Below, piece by piece: positions 25,534-38,672 of a stretch of DNA of 46,215 bases. The number at the start of each line of letters is the position of its first letter. Within the stretch, counting starts at the first letter, position 1. The position numbers and the translations under genes are program-made. The stretch is from Octopus sinensis (taxonomy: Eukaryota): positions 1-46,215 of the forward strand of contig NW_021835366.1 in assembly GCF_006345805.1 (NCBI RefSeq). The letters are read 5' to 3'. The notes under the pieces were generated by a model. The model did no database searches. It worked only from the letters and a program-made list of their open reading frames with translations, and was not told the origin of the DNA.

Positions 25534-26344
25534 TACGTGTATATGTACATATACATACACACAGACGTGTATATTTAAATATATACATATGTATACATAG
25601 AGAGACAGTAAGAGTGTGAAATACATAGAGAAGTGACTGAGAGAAATAGAGAGAGAGAGAGCGTGTGTGAATGCGAAAGCGAGATAAAATAAATTAAGTT
25701 TTCTTATCTTCTTCATCAACCTCTCATCAGTTCATTAAGAACGTTTTCAGGTGAAGTTTCATCAGATCAGAATATTTTACAGTTATATGTAATCATCGAA
25801 TCGATAATTTGATCAGTTTAGAAGTTCAGGATTCGAAAGAGACAACAGACTATTCGATTAGATGTCATGCACAAATCAATTGGCGCTTCATAGATAATTG
25901 TATACAATTTATCATTGTAAACAACAGACGACCAAATGAAAGACAGCCGAAGATAGCCAAAGACTGCGCGGAGTGTGCGGAGTGTCGAACAAACTGTTTT
26001 TGATCTGCCATCTTTTATTTTATTCTCATGGTGGTTATTATTGAATGAGCAGAGGTGCACAACAGCAACAGCAAAAACAAAAACAACAACAATAACAATA
26101 TGGCGTATGCGATAATTATTGGTGTACTTTTATGAGGTTATTCACTTTACTAACGAATTACAAAAAAAAATAAGTATAAAAACAGAAAAAAACTAAAGAA
26201 TGTGTAAACGAAGAAAATGAATGGAATTGAAGTTTTTAAGGTGGTTTCGGATAAAACCCACAGCATCGCATTTTTATGAAAAGCTTTCTCCCAGAGCTTA
26301 ATAATGAATTTTGGGGAAGCCCGTCGTGCATACACACATACACA

Positions 26345-26375
<31 letters not shown>

Positions 26376-26517
26376 GCGCACATATATATATATACATCAA
26401 TATAGATATAGATATATATACATCAATGTAGATATAGATGTATATACATCTACATACAGAAACAACTACACGCATAGACACATACATATTCCTTCCTACC
26501 TACACACATACACACAC

Positions 26518-26668
26518 AATTCCGCCGAGGTCGACTTTGCCTTTCATCCTTTCGGGGTCGATAAATAAAGTACCAGTTTCGTACTGGGGTCGATGTAATC
26601 GACTTAATCCCTTTGTCTGTCCTTGTTTGTCCCCTCTATGTTTAGCCCCTTGTGGGCAGTAAAGAAAT
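26518..26668 (+). mobile_element. SINE-A, 5'-truncated
   Basis: AATTCCGCCGAGG ... GCAGTAAAGAAATA. Confidence 0.92.
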
Positions 26669-27289
26669 ATATATATATATATATACATGACGGGTCTCCA
26701 TACAATTTCCCATTACACAATTCTCTGTAGCAGAAGACACTCGCTCAAGGTGCCGCCCAGTGTGTCTGAACCTGATATCACGTGGTTGCAACATCTACTT
26801 CTAATCCACAAAGCGTTGCCTGTGTGATATTCCATTATTTAGTTGTGTTCCATACGGTATATGGTTATACGGTACGTACGAAAGGCGGAATGGCCTTGCG
26901 TGGATTCCCTATTATCTATCACGTGACACGTTCAATTAGAGATGGAATTTTACAAAATAATAATTGAAGCAACACCAAATTTGTAAAAATCTTTACTTGA
27001 ATAAAAAAAAAAAACCTTAGTAATCAAAATTATAAATACAGGACAACGAAGTCTGACGTGCTGCAGTACAACAATAACAGAAATGAATATAAACGATGAA
27101 CAAGAAAGAACAGCCATCTTGGAATAAAACTGAAAAAGGAGATGAAAATAAAAAAATAAATTTTGTTTAGTAATTAAACTAAAAACTAAAATGTGGAGAG
27201 TGAATAAGTGTGAAGCTATTTAGTTCTGCAATTCTAGCGATTTTACTAACTTCTCAATATAGTTATTAAAATGAAAATCTTGGATGATA

Positions 27290-27367
27290 AGAGGATGAGC
27301 ATAATATATATATGTTATATGCATACATGCATACGTAAAAGACATCCATATATCCATTCATGCATGC

Positions 27368-27418
<51 letters not shown>

Positions 27419-27686
27419 CCACACATATATATATATATATATATACACTATATATATATATACATATGCATTATATATATATATATGTATATGTATATCT
27501 ATATCTATATATATAATACATATACATATATATATATATACATATATATATATGTATATATGTATATATATACTTATATATATATACATATATATATATA
27601 CACATATATATATACATATATATTATATATCCATATACATATACATATATATATGTATATAAATATATATATATATATGTATATAT

Positions 27687-27774
<88 letters not shown>

Positions 27775-27780
27775 TATGCA
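27290..27780. repeat. Long imperfect (TA)n tract
   Basis: Directly visible. Confidence 0.95.
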
Positions 27781-28326
27781 TTTATGTACATTTATTATGA
27801 GGATAAAAGTGTACTTGAGGCAATAATATTATATTTCTGTTCAAAAGTAATTAACATTTAAAGTTTGTATTGACTGTTGAAATAGTATAATACAACCACG
27901 TATGAATCTGTCGATCTTTTCATTTCTTTATATTATATTGAAATCATATCTGATGCTTCTGCCTTCAGGGAGCCGAGTCTGCCAAGATAAAACAAATTGA
28001 AAAATGTGCAATGAATCCTTTCCGAAACACAATTCGTTACATAAATTGGCATCTATACATAGATTTCTACATGCAGAGATAGAAAAACACATACATACAT
28101 ACATACATTGATTCCACACTTACCCACACACACACACACACAAATACATACACACACACGCACACACGTATATATGTTTATATATCAAAGCTACAAAAAT
28201 TTAATAACCACCATGTTTTATATTTATATAATATAATATATCCACATGTATTTCCGTATATCATGTTCATATGCATAAGTATATATATATATATAATATA
28301 TATATATAATATATATACATACATAT

Positions 28327-28384
<58 letters not shown>

Positions 28385-28494
28385 TACATATATGCATATA
28401 TATGTATATATATACATATATATATATCTATATATATATATGTCTACACATTCACATATGCATATATATATGTATATATATATATATATATATA

Positions 28495-28543
<49 letters not shown>

Positions 28544-28867
28544 ATGTATATTTTATAAGTGTGTCTGCTGATGATTAATCTCGTTACAAGGGAGACACCC
28601 CTTACGGGAGAAATGGTTTGTCTTCTTTCTCTCTCTTTTAGACAATTAATTAAAAATAACATACTTTTTTTCAAGAATTAATACGTCATGTTATAATTTA
28701 ATTTCACCTTAAAATTGAAATCCCTCCATATTTGTAGACATTTTTGAAATGTCTTTCGTATTCCGGTGTTTCCAATGATGTTGTTGTTACTGGCAGCGAC
28801 TAGAATAAATATTTATCAGTATTGCTTCCTGATATATACGATTAACTTTCAATATTCTGGGGTTAAT

Positions 28868-29403
28868 AAGGCGGCGAGCTGGCAGAAACGTTAGCACGCC
28901 GGGCGAAATTCTTAGCAGTATTTCGTCTGTCGTTACGTTCTGAGTTCAAATTCCACCGAGGTCGATTTTGCCTTTCATCTTTTCGAGGTCGATAAAATAA
29001 GTACCAGTTACGTACTGAGGTCGATATAATCGACTTAATCCGTGTGTCTGTCCTTGTTTGTCCTCTCTGTGTATAGCCACTTGTGGGTAGTAAGAAATAG
29101 CTATTTCGTCTGCCGCTACGTTCTGAGGTCAAATTCCGCCGAGGTCGACCTTGCCTTTCATCATTTCGGGGTCGATAAATTAAGTACCAGTTACGCACTG
29201 GGGTCGATATAATCGACTTAATCCGTTTCTTTGTCCTTGTTTGTCTTCTCTCTGTTTAGCCCCTTGTGGGTAGTAAAGAAGCAGGTTTTGCGTATGTCGT
29301 TGCGTTCTGAGTTCAAATTCCGCCAAGGTCGACTTTACCTTTCATCCTTTTGAGGTCTATTAATTAAATACCAGTTGCTTACTGGGGTCGATCTAATCGA
29401 CTG
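28868..29403 (+). mobile_element. SINE-A head-to-tail trimer
   Basis: One full unit plus two A-box-less units, junctions at about 29100 and 29285. Confidence 0.9.
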
Positions 29404-29503
29404 CCCGCCAACCCTTGTGGCTAGAGTAGAAGAGAATAATCCAGGGTAAATGAAATAACTTAGGAGTCGAAGTAGTGGAGTTGATGCAATTATAGAATCA
29501 GTA

Positions 29504-29905
29504 AGCGCAGGAGTGGCTGTGTGGTAAGTAGCTTGCTAACCAACCACATGGTTCCGGGTTCAGTCCCACTCCGTGGCACATTGGGCAAGTGTCTTCTGCT
29601 ATGGCTTCGGGCCGACCAATGCCTTGTGAGTGGATTTGGTAGACGGAAACTGAAAGAAACCCGTCGTATATATGTTTATATATATGTATGTGTATGTTTG
29701 TGTGTGTGTGTTTGTCCCCCTAGCATTGCTTGACAACCGATGCTGGTGTGTTTATGTCCCCGTCACTTAGCGGTTCGGCAAAAGAGTCCAATAGAATAAG
29801 TACTGGGCTTACAAGGAATAAGTCCCGGGGTCGATTTGCTCGACTAAAAGCGGTGCTCCAGCATGGCCGCAGTCAAATGACTGAAACAAGTAAAATAGTA
29901 AAAGA
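29504..29905 (+). mobile_element. SINE-B full length
   Basis: Head to GTAAAATAGTAAAAGAG tail. Confidence 0.93.
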
Positions 29906-30016
29906 GAGAGAGAGAGAGTCAGAATTAACCAGACGAAGCTGAATCGTTGAACTGCATATCATATATGTCCTGGAAGTGTTTTATTCGATTGCGAAATGAT
30001 ATTAAATACTCCCTGT

Positions 30017-30086
<70 letters not shown>

Positions 30087-30996
30087 GTATGTATGTATAC
30101 GTCAGACAGTATATATGATAGTATGTTAGTGTCAGTCTATTACATTCACTCATTTGATATCGATTGGCCAGCGGTTATATTAGAAGTGTCTTGTCAGGTT
30201 GCCACAAAGTGAGACGGAATCTGGAATGCCCAGTTTCAAAGCGAGCTTGTTAACCACACAGCCATACCGAAGCTCACGATAATTCTTCACACTTCTAGCA
30301 GAATATTAGTAAACAAGTCTAATCGAAGAATTATACGTAATTTTAAATTCTATGAAAGGTCAAACAACACAGAAACTACTCACTGGAAAGTACTGTGATC
30401 TCTATTTCTCTTTCTTGATATTATATTTAGTTTAGGTCATCCATATCTTGCAGGGAAGCAGCAGTTCACCGACTGAAATTGAAATTTAGATTGATGTTTT
30501 CTAATCTTTTCTTTCATTGGTGGACTTTGAAAAATGAAATTTCATCTCGTCTGACTTTATCGCTCATCCCTCCGGGACAAGAAGAAGCGCTAGCACCGTG
30601 TTAGTGTCAACGGCTACCAATATACTCTTCCTGCTTGATTTTTGTTCTTTGTGAGGAGACGACTCGTTGCAACGAATTCGCATCGATTTTTATTCATATT
30701 TTCTCTGTCTTACATTCTAGTTCTAACATAGCATCTTCGGCACACGGTGCTGTGTGATTTCAATCAATGATTTATGATAAATAATAATGGTTCGCGACAA
30801 ATTTTTCCAACTCTATGATATCTACTTGTGTGTTTTGCGATGCGTTTCACAACACCACGTCAATAATCTATGTCGCACATTGAGCTTTCTTAGATCCTCA
30901 TATTCTAAGTGTATCTTACGTACCCTGGACATTACATCCGCTGAGCGTGACTCCACCACTGAAAACAAGGTAAAGTTACTTTCTCGAATCATACCG

Positions 30997-31221
30997 ACTC
31001 ATAAGATCCGTCTCCCTGCTTCCATAGCGTAGAAATTCCCCACCTGGACGGGACGCCGAACTGTCGCAGGATTCTTCATTTTTGCCAGATGAGTGGACTG
31101 GCGCAAAATAAAATGAAGTGTTTTGCTCAAGAACACAACGTCTCCGCCCAATCCAGAAGACGAAACTACAATCTTACGATTATGAGTCTAGCTCACTAAC
31201 GACTTAGCCAAGCGCCTCCAC
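30997..31221 (-). mobile_element. SINE-E copy
   Basis: GGACGGGACGCC...GAGTGGACTGG...GCTCAAGAACACAACG...TTAGCCAAGCGCCTCCAC. Confidence 0.8.
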
Positions 31222-31257
31222 TATTCCACCTTTTGGTCAGTCCACATTACTACGCAA

Positions 31258-31462
31258 GAATCATAGGGTGTCCTGGTTTCTCTCGCCAACATATATTCCT
31301 CCCTGGACGAGATACCCGTCTGCCGCAGAATTATTCATTTTTATCAGCTGGTTGGACTGGAGAACTTGAAAATGAAGTGTTTTTCTTAAGAACACAACGC
31401 ATGACCTGGTCCAGGAATCGAAACCACAACCTTACAATCGTGGATCCAACACAGTAATCCAC
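31258..31462 (-). mobile_element. SINE-E copy, more diverged
   Basis: Co-linear with 14930-15110 and 30997-31200. Confidence 0.72.
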
Positions 31463-31534
31463 ATCTTGCGATGTAGACAGCTCCAAATTTTAATATATTA
31501 TTCACACATCAAATTAGCCTCGTTTCATTAACTG

Positions 31535-31920
31535 GATGGAAGCACTCCGTCGGTTACGACGACGAGGGTTCCGGTTGATCCGATCAACGGAACAGCTTGC
31601 TCGTGAAATTAACGTGTAAGTGGCTGAGCATTCCACAGACACGTGTACCCTTAACGTAGTTCTCGGGGAAATTCAGCGTGACACAGAGAGTGACAAGACC
31701 GGCCCTTTGAAATACAGGTACAACAGAAACAGGAAGTAAGAGTGAGAGAAATTTGTGGTGAAAGAGTACAGCAGGGATCACCACCATCCCCTGCCGGAGC
31801 CTCGTGGAGCTTTAGGTGTTTTCACTCAATAAACACTCACAACGCCCGGTCTGGGAATCGAAACCGCGATCCTACGACCGCGAGTCCGCTGCCCTAACCA
31901 CTGGGCCATTGCACCTCCAC
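31535..31920 (-). mobile_element. SINE-C full length with a 12-bp TSD
   Basis: TTTCATTAACTG at 31523-31534 and 31921-31932. Confidence 0.94.
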
Positions 31921-33092
31921 TTTCATTAACTGCAGACCAGACAAAAGCAATTCTAAATGTCCTAACGACTTATCAGCAGCAATATGACATTAGACTTTAA
32001 AAGCAAGAACATAAAGACGAAAATAATTCCTTGAAAATATTAAACACGAATATGATCGCCCCTTTAATACAACGCACTCACGCAAACGCACGTTTGTACC
32101 TGTATTTAGAAAATATATGTGCGTGTATATGCAGGTATTATGTGTGTGTGTATCTTTGTATATATATATATATTATATATATATATAATATATATTATAT
32201 ATATATACACATATCTATATCTATATCTATCTATCTTTCTATCTATTTATCTATATATATATATACACACACATATATCTATATCTATATCTATCTATCT
32301 ATTTATCTATATATATATATATATATATATATATAATGATATATATACATATATATATACATAAAAAAATATATATATTACATATACCTATATACTCATA
32401 TGTATATATGTATATATATATTACATATATATATGCATGTGTACATTCGTATATATGTGTGGGGGTGTATGTGTATGTGTGTCTATGTGTATCTATTTAT
32501 ACAGATACACCAACAGAAAGAGTAAATGGAAAGATTGCACAGTATTCAGAGAAAGAGTAGGAGAATGAGACTGAGAAATACAGAGACAGAGTGACTGAAA
32601 GAGAGAGAGAGTGAGAGAGAGATTAGAAAAAACTGATAGATACAGAGACAGAGGAAGAGAGAGAGAGAGAGAGAGGGAAGGAGAGAGATCATCAATGATA
32701 TTTTTTCGTATGACTGACAATTTTATAAATTTCTAGTTTTTTTTCAACTTCAGTATATTTTCTGTGTATATATTTATTTTACGTCAATTTATATAATTTT
32801 TTTACATTGAGTTCCATGACACTATATACTCTCACAGAATACTCTGTCAAAATGGCCGAACATTTTTTTTTTTTATTTCTCTTTTCTTCGCACGAAAATG
32901 CTACAGGCGATTAGTTATCTGTATAGTTAGAAAAGCATTAGAGGATAAATAATTCATATTCAACGCTTAAATAGATATCTTGATTTCTTTATTTGTTCTT
33001 GTTTCAATTTTTCATTTCTTTATTTCTTTCGCAAATCAACCAATATCCACACACAGACCTCGGCAGTCCTCTGCTCAGCTTAAAGTGTGCAG

Positions 33093-33898
33093 AAGAGACA
33101 TATTTAACTTTAGTTCAGTACGCAAAGATCGATTTGTTTAATTTTACGAATTGTAATATTTATCAAGAATGAATATCAAATATACATACGTACGTTACAT
33201 ACACACATGCACGCATACATATCTGTATAAAACTGAAATGTATGACATGAAACCAAAGAAGTTCGAAATTCCACTTCAATATCCAGTGGAGTACGATGTA
33301 TGGCATGACTTTTCGTCACTGGAAAAAGGATATATGTGTTTGCATTTGGACCCCTTCGCGTCGAAGACCGGTGATTGTTGTGCGCTGACGACGGGTAAAT
33401 ACCCAGAAACTCGGGTCTGTTCGTATCACGTCAGGTCGACGACGGGAAGGACGTGTTCTCTTTGCAAATACTGATAGGGCGCAGAAAGTGTGTCAATAGC
33501 CAGCTGGAGAAGATGATCTCCTGGGGCTACAAGCTACAGTAGCATCCACCCTTAGTGGTCAGCCACATTTAAGTGACAAATATACTTCACATTGTCGTGC
33601 AGCTACTGTTTATACCTCGTTCAGGATTTTTATTGCTTTTACACACACCACACGTACACACACACCACACACACACACACATATATAATATATATATATA
33701 TATATATATTATATAATATATAAGGAATTAAAGTAGTGTTTGACACTTTGTAATAATCATTATTCTTGTTATTATTATTCTTATATGACAACTCAGCATA
33801 TTTTGCTGTGTATGACGTAGTGTCAGCTTTCTGCAGCCAGCACACTAAATTAAACAAATCGATCTTTGCGTACTGAACTAAAGTTAAATCTGTCTCTT
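33093..33898. repeat. 52-bp inverted repeat pair (33093-33144 and 33847-33898)
   Basis: 51/52 identity by direct comparison. Confidence 0.92.
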
Positions 33899-34365
33899 GC
33901 TTTCTGGTTATGTTCGAAGAATCCTGCAAAGAATTCTTGAAGTTCCAAGCAATGCTGATTTTTGTAGGTGTTCTACCATCAACACTTGCACCGATCTATT
34001 TCAGCCGTGTTGATAGTTAAGTGCTGGTACTTACATGTTCACTAGTTATTATTGGGTTTACGTCCATTCATTGACCACAACCTTCGTATTTCCAACTTCA
34101 AATCATCATAATTGTTTATTTTTTCTTGTTCTTTCACATTGATCCTGTTGTCACCGGAGTATGTTATGTCGATTATCATACATGTTCTTTCATTTTTATT
34201 CACCACAACAAAGTCCTGTTTCCGATTATCAGGTCGTGTCATCGTACTGAATCATTGCATTCCACACGATTTTGCAGTTTTCATTTTCAGTGAATCCTTC
34301 TCATACCACTTCTTTGAACTTTGTAGGACGTGATTTCCACAGAGCTCCCAATAGAACATTCTTGA
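33751..34365 (-). mobile_element. Decayed 3' end of an R4/Dong-type (restriction-like endonuclease) LINE with a (AAT)n tail
   Basis: ARMFYWELC..KKWYE, ENENCKIVWN, NRKQDFVVVNKNERTCMIIDI..GDNRINVKEQEKI..Y..LKLEIRRLW, EHLQKSALLGTSRIL; stop at 33908-33910; frameshifted. Confidence 0.88.
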
Positions 34366-34522
34366 GCGAGCTGGCAAAATCGGTAGCGCGCTGGAGGAAA
34401 TGCTTAATAGAATTTCGCCTGTCGCTGCGTTCTGAGTTCAAATTCCGCTGTAATCGACTTTGCCTTTCATCCCTCCGGGGTCGATGAATTTAGTACCAGT
34501 TGAATACTGGGATCGATGTAAT
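34366..34522 (+). mobile_element. SINE-A degenerate, abutting the Dong fragment
   Basis: GCGAGCTGGCAAAATCG...GAGTTCAAATTCC. Confidence 0.85.
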
Positions 34523-34992
34523 ACACATATCCCCTGCCTCATATCTGTTGCCCTTTGATAAAATTTGAAACCATTATAATTATTATTGATATTATGAAAC
34601 TCAGGAAACCTACATAGTGATGGTAATATATTCAGAATTATCCAACGGTATATATCTCTAAATTCTTATCGGATGTGATCAACCTGAAGAGGGATTCCAT
34701 CCAGTGAGAGATAAATATTATTTAATGAACACGGATTTAAAATAGGAGATACTAATAATTTTTAGTTATGGAGACCCGCTAGTTAGGCAGATTCTATAAT
34801 GCTTCTTGTGCCTTCAGGCAGTCTTTCAGAGTCAAGCCATATGGTTAGTCCTATTTAAAAACCTGGGCGGTGGGTTTTGCGAAGCCACGAGAAATTTTTT
34901 AATAATGAGGATGTAGATGCAAAATTTGGAATGAAAAAACAAAGGGTGAATGAAAGCAGAAGAATAAGGGAAAGAAACTTGCGTCCCTTTGA

Positions 34993-35390
34993 TTATATAG
35001 TCGGGGTAGAATAATTCAATGTGATAAATCGAAAGTCTGTGAGACACCAGTTCGACAAAAGAAATTTTTCCATGTGTTTGCATTTGCTGAAAATTTGGGA
35101 TCTAGAGTTAAGTAGGGTGGTAGAATTCTTAGATTTAAAAAGAACATGCAATCTTTCAGCTATGCATAAGTTGCATGTTTTTGATGCACTTATATATGGC
35201 AGAGATATATCCACGATTTTCGACTTGATTTTATGTGCTGGTGTGCAGCCTTCCATGAGCTCTGGGTCGAATATATCCTTTTCAATGAAACTCGATAAAC
35301 GGAGTCTGTTTGAGATCCGGGATGACGGACTCTCCCTCGAATTTAGACGTCAAGATTTTCGTCAAGTTAATAGCACCACAGATTTAATTT
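34993..35390 (-). pseudogene. Penelope-like element GIY-YIG endonuclease C-terminal fragment
   Basis: IKSKIVDISLPYISASKTCNLCIAERLHVL...LLNSRSQIFSKCKH matches the PLE endonuclease tail pattern (CxLCxxE...LNxRxE..SKCRH); upstream part is decayed. Confidence 0.8.
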
Positions 35391-35651
35391 AAATCCAACA
35401 TTTTATGTAGTTTAATCAGCAACTCATACCTTCGTTTATTCAATAGGCAAGGAATTCAGATGAGTGAGAGAGTAAATAATTACCACCAAATGCTTTCCAG
35501 CATATAGAGCAAAGAACTCTCTTCTAACAGTCGAAACTGATGAACAGCCATGGATATTTTGGTTATATATCGATCGTTGCTGGCGATGAAACTATACCAA
35601 GCTGAGCAGAATCCATGACATCATATTCAGTCTCCTGCCGGAAGCTATTTA

Positions 35652-35696
<45 letters not shown>

Positions 35697-35879
35697 ATGA
35701 CGTTAGTGATGATACAATTGTTTCGATGTCATTTGCTATTTAATCCATTATCAATGATTCAGTTGTCGTATATGCGTGGCCAATACAAAAGGCTTAAAAA
35801 GATTAACTGACACTTTATGGCGACAAAATTGTTTGGATAGAAATTATGTTGGCTTCATGTGTTGCTGGATACAAATTAA

Positions 35880-36015
35880 TTGTATGTATGTATGTATGTA
35901 TGTATGAATATTTGTATGTAAGTATGTATATATGTGTGCCTGCATGTATGTATGTATGTATGTATGTATGTATGTATGTATGTATGTATGTATGTATGTA
36001 TGTATGTATGTATGT
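35880..36015. repeat. (TATG)n microsatellite
   Basis: Directly visible. Confidence 0.95.
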
Positions 36016-36111
36016 GTGTGTATTTATGTATATAAAAATTATTTATATGCAAGTATATATGTGTGTGAGTGTCTGTATGTGTGTGTGTGTGTATAATTAT
36101 TTATATTCGTA

Positions 36112-36481
36112 CTAGCAGTATCGCCCGGCGTTGCTCGGGTTTGTAAGGGAAATAACTATAAAGCATTTTTAGAGAGTTATAGCCAAAAAATGGGGAAAAA
36201 AATGATGGTAAATTTTTTTTTAGTTAAAAAGGTCGGGTTGCGTCCCGTAGACAGTCTGTGGTTTGTGTTTCTGATTCTCGACCCCATGTCGAATTTATCG
36301 ATTTTTTTCAGAACTGGGGGAACTTTTCAAAATTTTCGCTGCGTTAGTTTTGAATTATGACATTGGGCTATGTGTGTCAAGTGTCATCAGAATCGGTTGA
36401 AAGCCGTGGTCAGGGTGAGGGTACAACCTAACAGACACACAGAAACACACAGAGACAAACTGCCGTTCATATATAAAGAGA
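36112..36481 (-). mobile_element. Non-autonomous Helitron (370 bp)
   Basis: Minus strand reads A|TC...CCCGAGCAACGCCGGG hairpin, 8 nt, CTAG|T; no TSD; internal simple repeat near the 5' end. Confidence 0.85.
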
Positions 36482-36489
36482 TGTACATA

Positions 36490-36612
36490 AAGGCGCGTGG
36501 CTTGGTGGTTAGTGCGTGGCACTCCCGATCTAGCGATGTTGAATTCGATCTTCAATCCAAGTGGAGCATCGTGTTGTTTAGCAAAACACTTCCTTTCACG
36601 TTGTTTTAATTC
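36490..36612 (+). mobile_element. SINE D/E/F-type head and core, degenerate
   Basis: AAGGCGCGTGGCTTGGTGGTTAG ... AGCAAAACACTTCCTTTCACGTTG. Confidence 0.7.
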
Positions 36613-36869
36613 ATTCAACGACGTCTCTGCTTCCGGCCGAAAGGCATTTTGAGCCGGTAAAGTGGTGTCGTTCGAGAGATGAAATGATGGTAGGCGCATT
36701 GTGATTAGCATCGTGTTGCAACATCGGACAGTCGGTCACATGATACGTAAATCCTTGAAGTTTGTAAAACAGGTTGCAGCCAGTATGCCTTTGTACGAAA
36801 TGTTTGATTTTCTATTCGCTACAGCACATTCACTGTATATATTCTTTCGATATTATGTATATATGTATT

Positions 36870-36900
<31 letters not shown>

Positions 36901-37196
36901 GATATTATATATATATATATATATAATATATATATACGTGTGTGTGTGTGTGGTGTGTGCGTGTGTGAGTGTATGTACATACATATGTACATAGACGTAT
37001 ATATGTGTATGTATATATACACTTATATGAGTGTATATACAGATTTATATAGATAAATTGTATATATATAATCTGCATATATGTGTATGTATGTATTTAT
37101 ATACATACATATATGTATATATGTATGTATATAAATATAATATATATATATATATATATATATACTTGTATATTTACACACACCACACACACACAC

Positions 37197-37234
<38 letters not shown>

Positions 37235-37522
37235 TGTGTGTATGTATGCACGTGTGTGTGTATTAGTCTTTATTGGTGGCAACGCATCATAATTTCACCG
37301 CCAGCAATTTCATCCAATTCCATTTTAAGATGGCAATAATACCTGCACACTACAACGATATATGTTGTTTTCTCTCAACGGTATTCCTCGCCTTCATTCA
37401 CTTATACCGTCACACAAACGCCATATTTTAATTAGAGTGGTTATGCAAGACTTTAACAACACATTTCCATATTCTCGTATCAATATAACATATACATATA
37501 TATATATATATATATAATATAA

Positions 37523-37565
<43 letters not shown>

Positions 37566-38506
37566 ATATATATATATATATATGTATGTATATATATATA
37601 TATATATATATGTGTATGTATATATATATATATGTATGTATATATGCATATACACACTCTCATGTACCTACATACATACATACATCATCATTATATATAA
37701 TATATGTGTGTGTGTGTGTGTTTGCGAGCGCTTCCTTTTCTTGCTATGATTTTGTCTCCCGTGTATTTCCTTGAAATAAATCCATGTTCAAACGTTCCAG
37801 TTTTGATCATCCCACTACAGGTTTCACCTGATTGCATATTATAGTAATATATTACCGCGTACCTAGTCTTGCGTGACCCAAGATCTTATTCGAGGATGAT
37901 TTAACTGCTATTTCTATGACTAAGTCAGACCTCTTTGTAGGCACATTATAGTTTTCTATGATTCACCAGCGATAGTCTAACACCATTTGATTTTCTGTAT
38001 ACGATTATCATTTCTCAAAGCTTTCGAAATTTATATTCTTCTAAATATTTATCATGTTAATTGACATATATCTAGAAGACAAATATTTTGAAGAATATCA
38101 AGTTATCCACTGATAACACCCCCCCCCAGGGGGGATACTCATCTTTGCATATGTCATGTTAATATTCACTTATAATCCTTAAGGGAGGAATCGTGTGATA
38201 AAATAATGTATTCCAAAGTATTCTTTCGGAGTTCCTTTCCTGCTTACCATTATAAAATATGTTGGAATCTAGCTATTACTTTAACACCATTCAGCATATT
38301 TGAGATTCAGCTTCGTTTTCGACACCTACCGCTATGCAACTGTTGATTCTTATGACCTGGTTCCATATATTATAGACCTTTCCATCAGTCGCAAGCGCCC
38401 TGTAAAATTCTCTCATCATCTACGTAGCTTTAATCTTCTTGGCATGTCACGCCACATGTTGGCTTCAAATTTTGGGAGAATGCCAGAAACGTCAGGAATG
38501 GGGTGG

Positions 38507-38672
38507 TAAGTCGATTACATCGCTTCCCATGCTAGAATCGTTCTTGTTTTATTGAGCTCGAAAGAATAAAAAAACCGTAACCTCGGTAGAATTTGAACGC
38601 AGAACATAAAGACGTGAGAGTTGCCGCTAAGCATTTTCCCGGCGCGCTAACGATCATGCCAATTCGCCATCT
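38507..38672 (-). mobile_element. SINE-A degenerate
   Basis: TAAGTCGATTACATCG ... GCCGCTAAGCATT ... GCGCTAACG. Confidence 0.78.

Noticed and set aside
27042-27127. Possible terminal exon GQRSLTCCSTTITEMNINDEQERTAILE
   Set aside because: Weak acceptor and no homology
28868-29403. CRISPR-like or satellite array
   Set aside because: The units are SINE bodies with no unique spacers, and the context is eukaryotic
35470-35540. Another decayed hammerhead-like stretch on the minus strand
   Set aside because: Core and stems cannot be folded from this copy alone
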